Of a DNA stretch of 64,000 bases, positions 29,567-44,353 are shown piece by piece. Position numbers and translations under genes: made by a program. Each line of letters opens with the position of its first letter. Position 1 is the first letter of the stretch. The notes under the pieces were generated by a model. That model was given only the letters and a program-made list of their open reading frames with translations. It made no database searches and was not told the DNA's origin. The DNA comes from Eledone cirrhosa. Taxonomy: Eukaryota. The stretch lies in assembly GCA_964016885.1 (NCBI GenBank), contig OZ024742.1:256184001-256248000 (forward strand), in the 5' to 3' direction.

Positions 29567-30129
29567 TATAAATGTGTGTGTGCGTGTGTGTATGTATGTG
29601 TGCGTGTGTGTGTATACGTATATGTACTTCGTTTTGTATTTGTTTTGCAAAATACTTGATGTGTGACCGTGTGTTGAAACTGATATTGTTTCATTTTGGG
29701 AGCGGCATGATTCGAATAGAAATACAACACACACCAGAATGTTTTCACTTCTGTTTATTGTTAGTTAGGGACCTAATCCATTTCTCCATTAGTTAGTTAT
29801 TAATGTTTATACATATTTGTCAAATATTGTCCCACATTCTGTGAATGTCATAAGGAATTTTCTTGCTTCTCCTCTTTTCCTATTTCTTTTGAACCTTTTT
29901 GTATTTTCTATTGACACCGTCTTATTTCTGTCTAAAATAAATGAGGAATATATTAGATACTTCGATATATCTCTGCAATCCTCATTAGCGATGATTAGGT
30001 TCCACGTATAATTACGCCAATGCTTATCTATATGAGGTAGCATATCGATCTTTATAATCGGATAAGGTATCCCTTATTTTTGAAAATTCTTCGGACCATT
30101 GTTCCGAAGCTAGTGAGTGATTGAAACTA

Positions 30130-30472
30130 AACTAATCCGACCTCATAGCAAGCCTGAAGCCGATGGAAGCCTGCAAGGTAGTCACGAAGATGATGAATGA
30201 ATTCCACCCTCCAAGCTTTTGAAATCAGAGTGATCTTTCTCCTAGACGGGCTGCCAATGAGGCTAACCAGCTATCTCTGTCCGGTTTCTTTACATTGTAT
30301 GGGATGGGCGGCAATGTTCTCATATTTCCTTGATGGGTTTTGTTTATTACACTACAGGACGTCGAACCAATCTTGGGAGGATTGAAGGTTTAGTTGCTTG
30401 CCTAAAACTAAACTGAATTGACACTCACTGGTGTATGATCTCCTATAGGCAGTATGACTCACCCATTGTACA
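30130..30472 (-). mobile_element. 5' region of an RTE-like LINE
   Basis: Minus ggcagcccgtctaggagaaagatcactctga resembles a recurrent RTE 5'-region motif (from recall, not searched). Confidence 0.4.
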
Positions 30473-30488
30473 ACACTATATATAAATA

Positions 30489-30560
<72 letters not shown>

Positions 30561-30605
30561 TTTTTTTTTATATATATATATATTTATATATATATATATA
30601 TATAT

Positions 30606-30643
<38 letters not shown>

Positions 30644-30692
30644 ATATATAATATTAAATAAATGGAAAACTATATTTATAAAACCATATTTA

Positions 30693-30754
30693 TTTCATTA
30701 TATATATTTCTGGGATATCATATTAACAATATGCTATGCCTTCATCAGACAAAA
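30693..30754 (-). ncRNA. Type I hammerhead with long stem II, inside a segment between (TA)n arrays
   Basis: ttttgt-CTGATGA-aggcatagcatatt-gtt-aatatgatatccca-GAAA-tatata-TA-atgaaa-taaa. Confidence 0.65.
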
Positions 30755-30927
30755 TACAATATAAACAGTTTTATAGATAAATATATTCGACATACCGTAA
30801 TAAACATCGACTTCATTTGAAGAGGTTTTTTGTCGAGTGCTTTTATATCAGTTATAAATATTTACTAGTTGTAACCCAACAATTTTAAATATAACTTTAC
30901 ATATATTGTATATATATATATATATAT

Positions 30928-31154
<227 letters not shown>

Positions 31155-31284
31155 CGTGTACTTTTGACGGACGTGAGAAAAATATTCAATACAGAAGCAG
31201 AGTTTAAATATTTATTTAGTGGGTATGTGATGTACGTTGCAACTCTGGCGTTTCACATCCGCACATGCAGGTTCATATATACAT

Positions 31285-31362
<78 letters not shown>

Positions 31363-31904
31363 ATGTATGTATGTATGTATGTATATTTATATGTATATAT
31401 AAACGCGTGTGGAATTTATATTTGTAAATGTCATTCAAATAAGGGTAGTAGCTTTAAATGTATGTATATATATATATTAATCTATATATATTATTCTGAT
31501 ATACATATTTTAGACGCAACGTATTGTCTCGGCAGATCAAGCCATTTGCCAAACATGTGATAAAACAATAAAATATCGATTTTCATGTGTGGGGGTTATA
31601 CGTTTCAGAGGTTATTTTCTTCAAATCTTATTTGACATCCAATCAGATATTCTAGATTCAAAATTCAATTGTTTATAGTTAATGTCCAGTTAGTTTTCAG
31701 TTTTATATTCTGATGGAACGAACATGAAGTCAATGAAATTTACGTAGGCATCGTTAATGAAGTAACATGTACGTTCATAGACAATGTATGTATATTTATA
31801 TGGGTTTGCATATCTATATATCTATAGATGAATACATCCACACATATATGTATATAGACATTCACACCTACCCACACACAAACGCATAATTATACTTGGA
31901 ACAA

Positions 31905-31980
<76 letters not shown>

Positions 31981-32846
31981 AGATGTATATATACATACAT
32001 ACACATATATAAATATATATATATATGGGGGGGGGGTCGAACTCCAAACCCCATATCGTATTTTATGGTTATCTGTAATGGAGATTTAACAAGTTTTTGC
32101 ACCGTATTTGAAATTATATGAAAATTACTTGATGGTTTCACTGAGAAAGGTTTTCCCATTGCTAATATAACGTTTGCATTCTAACAGTAGATAGATAATC
32201 ATGAAATAACATTCAACCGAAAATTTACATAGTTTATAAGCCACACATTTACCACGACCGTTGAATAGTTTCTGCAAAATGAACTTGTAAATTATTGGCT
32301 ATGAAACAATGTATAAAATATCTCTTGGATTTCAAGAACGCTCGACATAAACTACCGAACAAAAGCGATAATATTTTTCAGTGAAACGCCTTATGGCTTA
32401 TATTATGTATTATATTATACTATGCTAGCTGGGACTATTCCTTAATGTGGAACATAATAACCAAATAATGTGCAGTTTCATTTGAAGCTACAATGGCAGT
32501 ATGTATAATAGAATACGGGGATAGAACAAATAAATAAATAAATGACAGGTTAACAAAGATCACTACGTGCCAATTGTGTGATATATTAAACAAAGGATAT
32601 AATATTTAGCAACACAACAGTAAAGTTAATTACTTGTAGAGAAGAAATAAATCTATGCAGTCTAAGTAAGATGCTTTAAAATATTGCAATATAACTGGGA
32701 TATTAAAAGTGTATCTGTTTGCAGTTAAAGAGAACATGATTCATGGTTATCTTTGGCGATTAAGAGCTGCAGGAAGCAAAGTAGCCTGTCGTTGTGTCTC
32801 TATTTCGAAAATATTTGCAAAGAAGTCTATGTACCTAAATTCGGCA

Positions 32847-33818
<972 letters not shown>

Positions 33819-34966
33819 ATGAGTGTTTAGAGCATTTAATTACTTACGCTCGTCTCATCCTTCTTCCTAAAGGTAAAAACACAAATATAATTGTCATCAG
33901 AACATTTTGAGGGTACATAATATGGGAAGAAAGCATAAGTATCAATATTTATATGAGAAAATATAGCAAAGGTAGAACAAGCATGTGAAAAATATGAGCA
34001 TTTAAATGCAATAAAATGAAATTAGGAGCAGCTAAAAGCAATAAAACATGTTAAAACATGCTGGTATAGAGAATTATCCAGATATAAAGAATTAAACAAT
34101 AGTGCCCGACATATATCATAATTAGTAAATAGACATATATCATAAGCATTACAAAAGTTTATAAAGTTAATAAGAGTAGCTGTGCAGTTCAAATATAAAT
34201 TTAAGAATATAAAAATACATCTCCAAAATATACTTTAATAAAAGGTTCGACTGCGTGATTCAGTCATAAAGATAAAATATTAGTTTTCAAAGGTAATAAG
34301 TGGGATGAGTGAAGTCAGCAAAATAAAAATTAAATATATGTTAAAATGTTATTATTATTAATAAAACCATTCAAAGGAATTAATGTTGAGTACAAATAAT
34401 CAGCAAAGTAAAATCCAATATAGAATAATTGCTATCATCGCAAAAAAAGCAGCACTTATTTGAATAGGTGGAAGAAAGTAATATATTCTCAGCATAAATA
34501 ACTCCATCTTAACATAGAGTTTCCATATTCATAGTTAGTTGACGGTTGATACAAAATTTCGAATAAAATGGAGATAATTTTTAGATATTTTGATAAGTGA
34601 GTTACAAATTATTAAATGGAAAAATAAATATTTAGTAAGTCAAGGTGTTATGAAATAAAACAAAATTATTAGGGCTAATAATTTTAAAACTGAATAATTA
34701 TTTTAAATTATTTAAAAATAATATATTACAAAATACAAATGAAATAATTTATCTATGTATTCTAAAATGGTATGTATAATTAAAAAAATCTTTATACATA
34801 TGCTAAATAATAAAGAAGGATAAAAAAGAAAAAGATGATAAAATGTTTTTGAAACTATCTAAGGATAAAAGAAATGGTATTTCGGTTTTGTAATATACTA
34901 GTTATTTTACATCGCGCTATTCTCATACTTGTAATTGGATAATATTAAATATTACCCACATCTTTA

Positions 34967-35013
<47 letters not shown>

Positions 35014-35021
<8 letters not shown>

Positions 35022-35393
35022 AAAGGATAATAAGGACGATTGATTATTTCTTCATTGCATTTATTGATAGATGACGCGCGTTTCGCCACTGATCAGCTCA
35101 AGGTTCGATCTATATCTATCCTACACGACTCAATAATCGGCAGCTCGACGGAAAAGGGTCCGTCGAGCTGCCGATTATTGAGTCGTGTAGGATCGATATA
35201 GATCGAACCTTGAGCTGATCAGTGGCGAAACGCGCGTCACCTATCAATAAATGCAATGAAGGAATAATCAATCGTCCTTATTATACTTTCAATATATTAA
35301 ACTCTGTATAGCTCTACACCTCATCACAGAGGTGAACCTAAACATCGAGTGCTCCCCCGGGTGAACCTGCAGTAACTCCTAGTTACATCCCCT

Positions 35394-35397
<4 letters not shown>
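35014..35397. mobile_element. Fold-back insertion in (TA)n: about 138-bp arms (35014-35152/35159-35297) plus one-sided tail
   Basis: Near-perfect hairpin with loop aaaggg; HHR 3' half gtggc-GAAA-cgcgcg-TC-acctatc-AATAAA. Confidence 0.85.
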
Positions 35398-35437
<40 letters not shown>

Positions 35438-35440
<3 letters not shown>

Positions 35441-37169
35441 AGAAAACACAGGTAAGCATTAAGAGAAGGATTTTATCCAGGTATTTACAACCGTTTCATT
35501 GGTAAGTGCAACCTTATATTGCTATACTGCAAATAGCAGCCACTCTATTATAATTGTTGTTCACGTCCAAATTTTCAAAATAGTTGGTAAGTTACTCTTG
35601 AAATAGTTCTTAATATATAGAGAAAAACATTTTGGGGGAATTGTATTTACTTGTATAGAGAGAGAAGAAGAGGAATTAGAAGGTGAGGGGACAAACGGAA
35701 TATTATAGAGAGAGGGGAAGGGGGAAAAGAGTTAGGAAGTAGAGTGACAAACTTTGATGGAGGGAGGGGTAGAGGTGGAAGGATTCCTTCATCAGTTTTG
35801 ATATGTATACTTCATGTCGTGGTGTGTAGTGAGTTAAAGAGAATTAAATTGATCATAGTGGAAGGGATGGATAGAGAGAGAGGGGGAAAGATATACAGAG
35901 ATAAATATATATATAAAAAATAAAAGCAAATAATAGGAAGAAAGAAGAAAAGAAAAGATAGCCAAAAAGGGGAGGGAAGGAAGGAAGAAATGAAGAAATA
36001 GAAGTGGAATGAAGGAGAAAGGAGGGATATAGGTATTGGTTTTTGTGGGTAATTAAAAGGGTTTAGATACAATAAGAGGGTATAAATTCTAAGTATATGC
36101 AGTTTGTCAGTTGGTAGTAAGAGGTTAAGTGTTCGATTTGCACTTGTAGTGCGAAAACCTTCCTTTCAGACTATGGTTACAATAAATTGATCTTTCGATT
36201 TTATTGTTGAGTAACTTATTCTTCGAACTCAAAATGTGGAACAGCTCAAGGTCACATAATCGACAGCTTCTCATACCACGCAGCATATCCCTTAGGGTCT
36301 CCGCCCCCCTCTAACCGACAAATCCTCGAGGAACATGCAGAATACTACAATACCGCATTAGACAAGGCAGGCCACTTAGATAGAGTAGAATATATAGATG
36401 AAAGCCTCCACAAAGCATACACGAACACGCATAACACAAACTCCAGAAACACACTCACACACGCACTTACGCATAGAACTACAAAGTATACGGTAAATAG
36501 AAATACAACATCGAAATCAAACAAGTCACGCAGTAGAAAATATATTTGGTATAACCCCATATTTATCTCTTTATATCACCCCCTCTCTCTCTCTCTATCC
36601 ATCCCTCCCTCCCTCTATGATCAATGTAATTCTCTTTAACTCACTACACTCCACGACATGAAGTCTACATATCAAAACTGATCAAGGAATCATTCCACCT
36701 CTACCCCTCCCTCCATCTCAGTTTATCACTCTACTTTCTAACACTTCTCCCCCTTCCTCTCTCTCTATACTATTCCGTTTGTCCCCTCACCTTCTAATTC
36801 CTCTTCCTCTCTCTCTATACTAGTAAACACAATTCCAAATAAATGTTTTTCTCTATATATTAAGAACTATTTCAAGAGTAACTTACTCACTATTTTGAAA
36901 ATTTGGACGTGAACAACAATTAATATTGAGTGGCTGCTATTTGCAGTATAGCAATATAAGGTTTCACTTACCAATGAAACAGTCGCAAATACCTGGATAA
37001 AATCATTCTCTTAATGCTTACTTGTGTTTTCTCTTTTATACTTTATACTCCAAGATTGAACGGAATTCTTACAAACTTGTGGAGTTACCCCTAACCGTAC
37101 GTTGAAACCATCCATGAAAATGGCTTTCTTAACCACGAACTGGATGACAATAAGCAATTTTCTGCTTCG

Positions 37170-37172
<3 letters not shown>
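35438..37172 (+). mobile_element. Truncated Naiad-like PLE with inverted pLTRs (35438-35908 / 36559-37035) and tail
   Basis: Spacer encodes EEHAEYYNTALDKAGHLDRVEYID...KSRSRKYIWYNP; both arms carry an extended hammerhead; flanked by (TA)n. Confidence 0.8.
35482..35582 (-). ncRNA. Type I hammerhead, UUGAAAA core, about 75-nt domain II (mirror copy 36891-36991)
   Basis: tatt-TTGAAAA-tttgg...ccaat-GAAA-cggttg-TA-aata. Confidence 0.6.
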
Positions 37173-37207
<35 letters not shown>

Positions 37208-37254
37208 CGCAAATATATATTAATACATATACATATATATTAATACATATATTA

Positions 37255-37296
<42 letters not shown>

Positions 37297-37314
37297 ATTA
37301 ATACATATATTAAT

Positions 37315-37378
<64 letters not shown>

Positions 37379-37959
37379 TAATATAGGTATTAATATATAT
37401 GTATATGTATTAATATATATTTACGTATGTGAAAGGTAAACAGAAATAAAAACGGACATACGAACGTATATCCGTGAACCGTTATTAACAAATCTAATTT
37501 TGAGGGATAATCTACAAATTAATCATATCTCGTAGTTGGTCAAAATATAATCGAATTAAAATTGAAATTTATTCAAACTTGTAACAATGATTTCAAATGC
37601 CTGTATCATCTTCAGACTTATGCAAGAATATATTTTCATATCGACATTCGATCGGGAGGATTTTATTTAACAATAATAAGTATATTAACGCCACGGAATT
37701 CAAAAAAGATTGCGATGTATTATGAGATCGTGAAAGTTGTATATTTTGCTACCAGGAGGTGACATGTAAATACTGGTGATCTACATATAGTTGAGAACAA
37801 AAATTGAGATGGCTAATGATAAAGGGTACTACATTTAGGGACTCTGTAAGGACAAGCAGGTCCACGGTAGGTACGTTGGTGTTAGAATCGATAGATGATT
37901 TCGTGGTTAGGCTAGGCCTTGAATTTGGGCTTGATTGTCAAGTGCTCCAGAAACGGAAG

Positions 37960-38521
37960 TAAACAGTTATTAGCTTGGTAAAGAGTAAGTTAAGCGGCTT
38001 GGGCACGTTGGGGCAGGGGTTTTCTATACATACTGGACCACGGGTAAAGCAATATTTGAATGAGTTTCGTAATAGCTATACCATAGCACCTGAATATAAA
38101 GCAGCAGGTAATTTATTTATAATAATCAAAAACACAACCTACAGATTTTAGCTAGGGAGTTAGAATGTGCTGTTAGTTATAATTTTATAATTTTAGTGCT
38201 AATGGAACATACAAGCTGAGTCCGTGAAATATTATTCAGCTGATAGTAAAGCTTAAGTTTGAAGTAGAGGATCTGAAGGATTGCCAGTTGAAAGAGGAGG
38301 ATGTGTGTGTTCCTAGAGTATTTTGGATACCCAAGCTGCAGAAAGCACCATTTGGGTGTAGATATATAGTCGGAGCTAGTAATTGCACTAACAGACAAGT
38401 AGCTATTTTAGATAACGAATATCTTGCAGTAGTTAAAGTGGATTTTGATAGAAATTATGGTGCTATTCTTGCAAATAATGGAATGGATATGAGATGTGTG
38501 TATGTGTGTATGTGTCTGCGC

Positions 38522-38596
<75 letters not shown>

Positions 38597-39520
38597 CGTG
38601 CGCGTCTGTGTGTGTGTGTGTAGATAGATAGATACATGGAAATACATTTGAACAGATGGAGTATAGGATCTACCAATCCGATTTTAAAACAGATTGGATA
38701 GATTAAAGTCGATATAAACAATGCACGTATATGATCTTTCCACCCTTTATAATTGTTTGGAACAGGAGCAAGTTAACAATGGGGTGATTAGTATAATACT
38801 CATGGTTTTCGGTAATAAATTCAAGTATGTTTCCTTAAAAAACGGCAAGGGCTTCATGTCTAGAGTAAGGTACAGCAGATACACTAGTTGCTGAAATGTT
38901 ACACCCATGCAATTGGTCCGATTTATAATGGACAGTTCTTACATTGCACTCGAGAGTAATATTTTCAAGCAGTTAAATGTCATACCAATGGGCGGATTTA
39001 TATCTATCTTCTTGTAAGTTTGACTATCTAGAATGTTTAGGAAGGTTTAAGAGAATAGGCCTAATTAGGAATTTTGCTGGATGTTTTAGGCATAGCGTTG
39101 ACATATTTGTTCCTAGTTATCGGCATTTCAAAGTTTGCTACATAAGATCAACCCGAAGAGTTTAAAAGTGAATATGAATGCATGTGACTTTAGTAATGTT
39201 AATTATTTAGACGTCACAGTTGAAATGTTAGGTGAAACGTTATACAGAAAAGCTTTCAATAAAAACAAAGGATTTTAGCTTTAAGATCACTTGGATGCCT
39301 TTTGCATATAGCCGTGCTCTAACATTCTTAGGATACAATGTCTTTTTAACCAAGTTGTACGTTATAGTAGAATGAATAGCTAGATGAATATTTTTACGGA
39401 AGTAATGAATACACATTTAAAACACATGGTAGGACAGATACAAAAAGAAATATCTAATACGGCGTTTTCATAGGTACCTTGACGCTAAAAAGAAAATTTT
39501 GGGAAAATGTGGATTCATTT
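37960..39520 (+). mobile_element. Degraded Penelope-like RT, interrupted by (GT)n
   Basis: VPRVFWIPKLQKAPFGCRYIVGASNCT, WADLYLSSCKFDYL, FRHSVDIF (RYIDD position), VNYLDVTVE, FNQVVRYSR. Confidence 0.8.
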
Positions 39521-39666
39521 CTAGCTTGTAAATGAGAGACAGAAGACATTGAAACGTATCTTATGTGCCTTAAGTTAGTAACAATTTAACATATATATCC
39601 AAAAATAAGAAAATAAACGGTGTTTTCGGTTCGAAGTGGAACGCGTATGGTCTGAATTCATTAAAT

Positions 39667-40172
39667 AGTAGCTGAATTACCCAATGTTGCCCGGGTTACT
39701 GTTATTCAGTAACAATAAATATGAAGATAGGTTTTTTTATTTTCTTATAATTAATTCGAAATTTCTATATTTTATGAAAAAAAAAAATCAAAATTGTAAT
39801 GATAATAGAATTTAGAAATGAAAATCTGTCAATCTTGAAGCACCTTAGGATAAACAATGCTCATTGTGTAATTCATGTATGTGTAGATGTATGTGTGTAT
39901 TTAATAACGTACCTAATGAACTCGCGCACACATACACACACACACACTCACAGACACATACATATTCATATACAAAATGTGACATCCTATTGTTTTAATC
40001 CAAATGAAAATAAAAATTATCACACATACACTTACACACACATAGGCTCTCTCACACACATACACTCTCCAATACACTCACACACACTCTCACATACACT
40101 CACATGTTTAAAGGACATGGTTAGCCAAGCATGCCATTTTTCTCTTTAGTGAAACTGATATTTTATAAAGGA
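39667..40172 (-). mobile_element. Non-autonomous Helitron-like element (family H2)
   Basis: Minus 5' TC (tcctttataaaata); 3' hairpin acccgggcaacattgggt then aattcagctac; homologous to about 45520-46062. Confidence 0.65.
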
Positions 40173-40379
40173 ACAGCAATGTCGTCGCAACTCGATTTTA
40201 TTCCAGCTGAGTCAAATAACTGTGTTGCTCAATGGTACATGCGTGCTGCTAGAAATCGATGTGACTACCTTACGAATTGTGAGGCGACCAGCCTACCTAC
40301 TTAGCCATATACCTTCCGAGCTTAAAAAATAAGGAAAATGACATTAATAATAGCTAAATTTAGTATGCAACAGCAAACG

Positions 40380-41320
40380 TCTGGAGCAGAAAAATTAAAA
40401 TTAACACATACTGCTAGAGGTGTCAGTTTTTCCATAACCAGTAAATTATTATGAAACGTCTACTGAAAAATTAAAATAGCATCTTGCCACAAATATTGAA
40501 AAACTGACGAAATAAACTAGAAATAAACGTACCAAATATGAGAAAATGTTTCTGTTTTCAATAAAGCCAAGAACTATATAAGAGTGAAGCTGAGGTTAGA
40601 AATTGTTCTTTAGATAAAGGAGAAAGAACAAAACAGTAAAAAATAACAATAGCTAGATTGCAAATTTGGCTACATATTGTCATACTATAATTATGTAAAA
40701 AAAAGCCATTACGTAGCCAATATACAATATTATTACTTACTATCAGAGTAAAATTTGATAAATAAATGTCGTAACGTTGGCTGAGAAGTGAGCGAAGAAA
40801 TTAAATCTGAGACCGCAAGATTTGTTTTTATTGCGACTCAAGAACAAATTCATGGAATAAAGCATAATACAATAACTAACTGCCCAGAATATGTGAAGCA
40901 TGGGAATACACAATCACATGGTTTCTGACGAACAAATTTTAGCCAAAATACATATAATGTCGGGGTGGGTTAGGTTTAACATTCACATCAAATTGTAGCA
41001 GCATTAAGACATATTGCAGACAGAAAATACATGGCACTGTAAAAAATATAAATATAATCAACGCAAAAACAAAATAAAGGAACACAGGAACAATAATGAA
41101 ATTAGAAATATGTGCGTCCAAAAGCAAATGATCATAATCATAAATAAATAATTGTTTCTACTTTAGGCACAAGGCCAGCAATAATAATAAATAAATAATG
41201 GTAGAGAAAATGAGGTAGAGTGCGCTTGGAAAAGGAAGAAATTCGACCATGCAACCTTATTTTATTCTATAGAAAAAGCAAAAACAGTGTCAGCATGTTT
41301 AACTAGTGGATAATTGTGAC
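40380..41320 (+). mobile_element. Very degraded R4-type LINE C-terminal remnant, interrupted by a SINE tail at about 41145-41183
   Basis: WLRS...ETARFVFIATQEQ resembles the WL..ETEG...AQDQ motif, followed by a CCHC-like remnant. Confidence 0.4.
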
Positions 41321-41685
41321 GACTATGACATGACAGAGTGACAGTAGATATAAAGTTTGCAATTCCGGCGTCGCACGTAAGTTAGTAATACAAATAAAGG
41401 TCACGTTTCCCTTACACCGTGCAGCAATCCTCATGATTGTCGATGAACTAAGAATTCGTCTGCTTAGAAAGTTTGTCAAGCGTATATTCATATAGATACA
41501 TACATGAATATGCTCAAACATACATGCATATTTAGGCACAGGAATGCCCCTGTGGGCAAGGTAATTGTTCCTCAACTACGTGTTTATGTTCTGGATTCAG
41601 TCTGCTGTGCAAGATCTTGAGCAAATGTCTTGTACTATACCTTCAATTTGACGAATGTACATGAACGAAATTTGCAGACACTCGT

Positions 41686-41760
<75 letters not shown>

Positions 41761-41763
<3 letters not shown>

Positions 41764-42027
41764 GGAGGTGAGTTTTATTGTAGTACAATAAAGCAATGCA
41801 GATATCGGATAAGAAGCACTCTACAGTTTGTAGGACTGGAGTATACATAATATATAAGAACAAAAGATGGTTGATTTAAAACTGCACTATTCACAAGTGT
41901 TTTTTAACCTTCATATCATGTCTTCCTATTTTATCTGATGAAAACACAAATATTATTGCATGATGATATTTGTTTTTGAAATGCGCATAATAAAATACAT
42001 GGAACTCTTTTAACCATCTTTTGATCT

Positions 42028-42037
<10 letters not shown>
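41761..42037. mobile_element. PLE-type insertion in (TA)n: tail, about 28-bp inverted end, then hammerhead segment
   Basis: ataatatataagaacaaaagatggttga (41847-41874) pairs with ttaaccatcttttgatcttatatattat (42010-42037). Confidence 0.75.
41927..41997 (+). ncRNA. Type I hammerhead ribozyme with canonical core
   Basis: tattttat-CTGATGA-aaacacaaatattat-tgcatg-atgatatttgttttt-GAAA-tgcgca-TA-ataaaata: 8-bp stem I, about 14-bp stem II, palindromic stem III, AUA triplet. Confidence 0.88.
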
Positions 42038-42074
<37 letters not shown>

Positions 42075-42459
42075 ATATGTGATAAAATAATTGATTATTG
42101 TTGTCTCCACAATATTATAGATTAAGAGTCTGCTGTCCTTTAGTAACTTTTTGAGTAATAACGGAGCAACGTGGTCGAAATAATTTTATATCAATCTAAA
42201 TCCGTAGTATATTTTACCCCCAATATTTTCAATATATGCTTATATTGAATTGATGTCATCGGTATACGAGCTTATCTTTTTTAGCATTCCCACCAAACTA
42301 ATCGCTATCTGGTTGTTGCTACAAAATAGTTGCAGCCACGAAAATTTGCGTGGAGTTCAATCATGAACTTGACTGCTCTGTGGAGAGATTATATGTTGGG
42401 TTATTATTACTATGGCCAACTCATGAAATCCATCATTCTATCTTTACTACTGAAGTTAT

Positions 42460-42569
42460 AATAATTGTTTCTACTTTTGACACAAGGCCAGCAATTTTTC
42501 CAGTGTATTACTGGTACTTTATTTTATCGACTCCATAAGGATGAAAGGCAAAGTTAACCTCGGCGGGAT
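42460..42569 (-). mobile_element. 5'-truncated tRNA-SINE with TSD
   Basis: Core present; actgaagttataataat occurs on both sides. Confidence 0.85.
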
Positions 42570-42846
42570 ACTGAAGTTATAATAATGGTAATTGGCAAGG
42601 GTTTTCTTGGCTTGAAACGATTCAGTATAGACATGAAACATGTGGCATTTTTGAAATAATGTGAGTATTTTAGCGTTTCTCTGTGAAACTGTCTAAATGC
42701 TCGGCATGTCTAATTTGTTGTATGTTTTATGTTAGGATATTAGTCCCCCCCCCCCACCACATTTTTGTAAAAGGGTACGCTCTGATAAAGGGTTCCTCCA
42801 TTTAGTTTAATTGAGTGGTCATGGGGAAAGAAATCGAAAATGTTGG

Positions 42847-43140
42847 GCTAGACGCGCTCCATCATCCACTATTCTACAAAAAATCGATCACACACAAAAC
42901 GACAGCACCAACAGTTTTGCATGAGATGTCAACATGAATGGACCTCTTATTTTCAATTAAAGACATTTTTTCCAAGTACATCCCACCCGGCCCCTCAATC
43001 TATCTTATTTCTCATTCTTTCTTATGATGAAGGACTAGGGTCCGAAACGTTAAGACCCTCTTCCTACTGTATCAAGCTTTAACCTATATATCCCTCCCAA
43101 GAAATGTACCGATTGTGTTGTTATTTCTGTTTACTTTTTA
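42847..43140 (+). mobile_element. Family A pLTR-like unit, hammerhead at 43019-43056
   Basis: Same 5' start gctagacgcgctccatcatccac as 12497; aTGATGA-aggactagggtcc-GAAA-cgtt-aagac. Confidence 0.85.
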
Positions 43141-43141
43141 C

Positions 43142-43202
<61 letters not shown>

Positions 43203-43257
43203 TATATACATATATGTTAAAAGTAAACATATATATATATATATATATATATGTCTA

Positions 43258-43985
43258 TAAATGAAAATAGAGAAATTAATATAAACAAAATGACAACAAT
43301 AGTTCAGACATTTAAGTGACTATACCATCTAGATGAAAAAAATATTAATGTAAGATGTGGGAAAAGTAATACAATCTTAAATTAAAACAAATCAAGAAAT
43401 ACTTACCCGTCAATTTTGGTAAAACTACAAATGCACTATATAGTCTTAAAAGACTATTTCACGAAACTTTTCAGTGGGGTTAGTCACGGTTGGAGTCGAT
43501 CTTCAGTAGTGCTCAACACATTAACTAGATAATTACTGCTAAAATGCCGGAGGGGATTTAATAGCAGGCAAACGACAGCGTATAGACTTGAAATAACAAA
43601 ACACACTTGTACGGACACTAGTGATGGTGGGATGAGACAACAAGCTGTTTACAAGAAACAACAGTCATAACATTCCGAAAAAACTCACCAAAAATATGGA
43701 GTTCAGCATAAGCAATATTATCGCAGTTTTTCTTTTTTAAAGCCGGCATTAGTCACAAATATTAAGTAGCCCTCTAGGAAAACTCCGAGTAAAAATATAT
43801 CAATGAAAATAGAGAAATTTATGTAAGCAAAATGCCAACAATAATTCATACATATAAGTGACTATACCATGAAGATGAAAACATTTTTAATGTAAGATGA
43901 GGGAAAAGTAATACAATCTTAATTTAAAACAAATCAAGAAGAAAAACTTTATACTCAGACTTTGTGTAGGTTGGCGAAAAAGCAG
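43258..43985 (-). mobile_element. About 140-bp direct repeats (period about 542) enclosing a hammerhead; tandem pLTR/retrozyme-like
   Basis: aatgaaaatagagaaatt...aaaacaaatcaagaa at 43260 and 43802; sits between (TA)n tracts. Confidence 0.7.
43433..43512 (-). ncRNA. Type I hammerhead with extended domain II and a true stem III hairpin
   Basis: gcacta-CTGAAGA-tcga...(about 31 nt)...tcgt-GAAA-tagtct-ttta-agacta-TA-tagtgc. Confidence 0.8.
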
Positions 43986-44013
43986 AAATACGTAACCGTA
44001 AATTTATATATAA

Positions 44014-44063
<50 letters not shown>

Positions 44064-44065
44064 TC

Positions 44066-44145
<80 letters not shown>

Positions 44146-44265
44146 ATATATATATATATATTCATTTCTATATACAATAAAGATGCCTATATTCTACGAA
44201 GTTATTCACTACCTTTTCTAATTGTAGTCCCCCTCACCGATGCCTATGGGGAACCCATCTACCTT

Positions 44266-44353
<88 letters not shown>

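Noticed and set aside
30290-30472. HDV-like ribozyme at the RTE 5' end
   Set aside because: Could not build the P1-P4 nested pseudoknot by eye
31700-31790. ctgatggaacg...cgttc hammerhead-like layout
   Set aside because: Core incomplete and GAAA absent after the stem
33820-34900. Very AT-rich stretch suspected to be a NUMT or membrane-protein pseudogene
   Set aside because: The part I translated gave no sustained frame or mitochondrial motif
35215-35238. CUGAUCA-GUGGC-GAAA as a complete minimal hammerhead
   Set aside because: C3-C8 mismatch and no stem I; only the 3' half is supported
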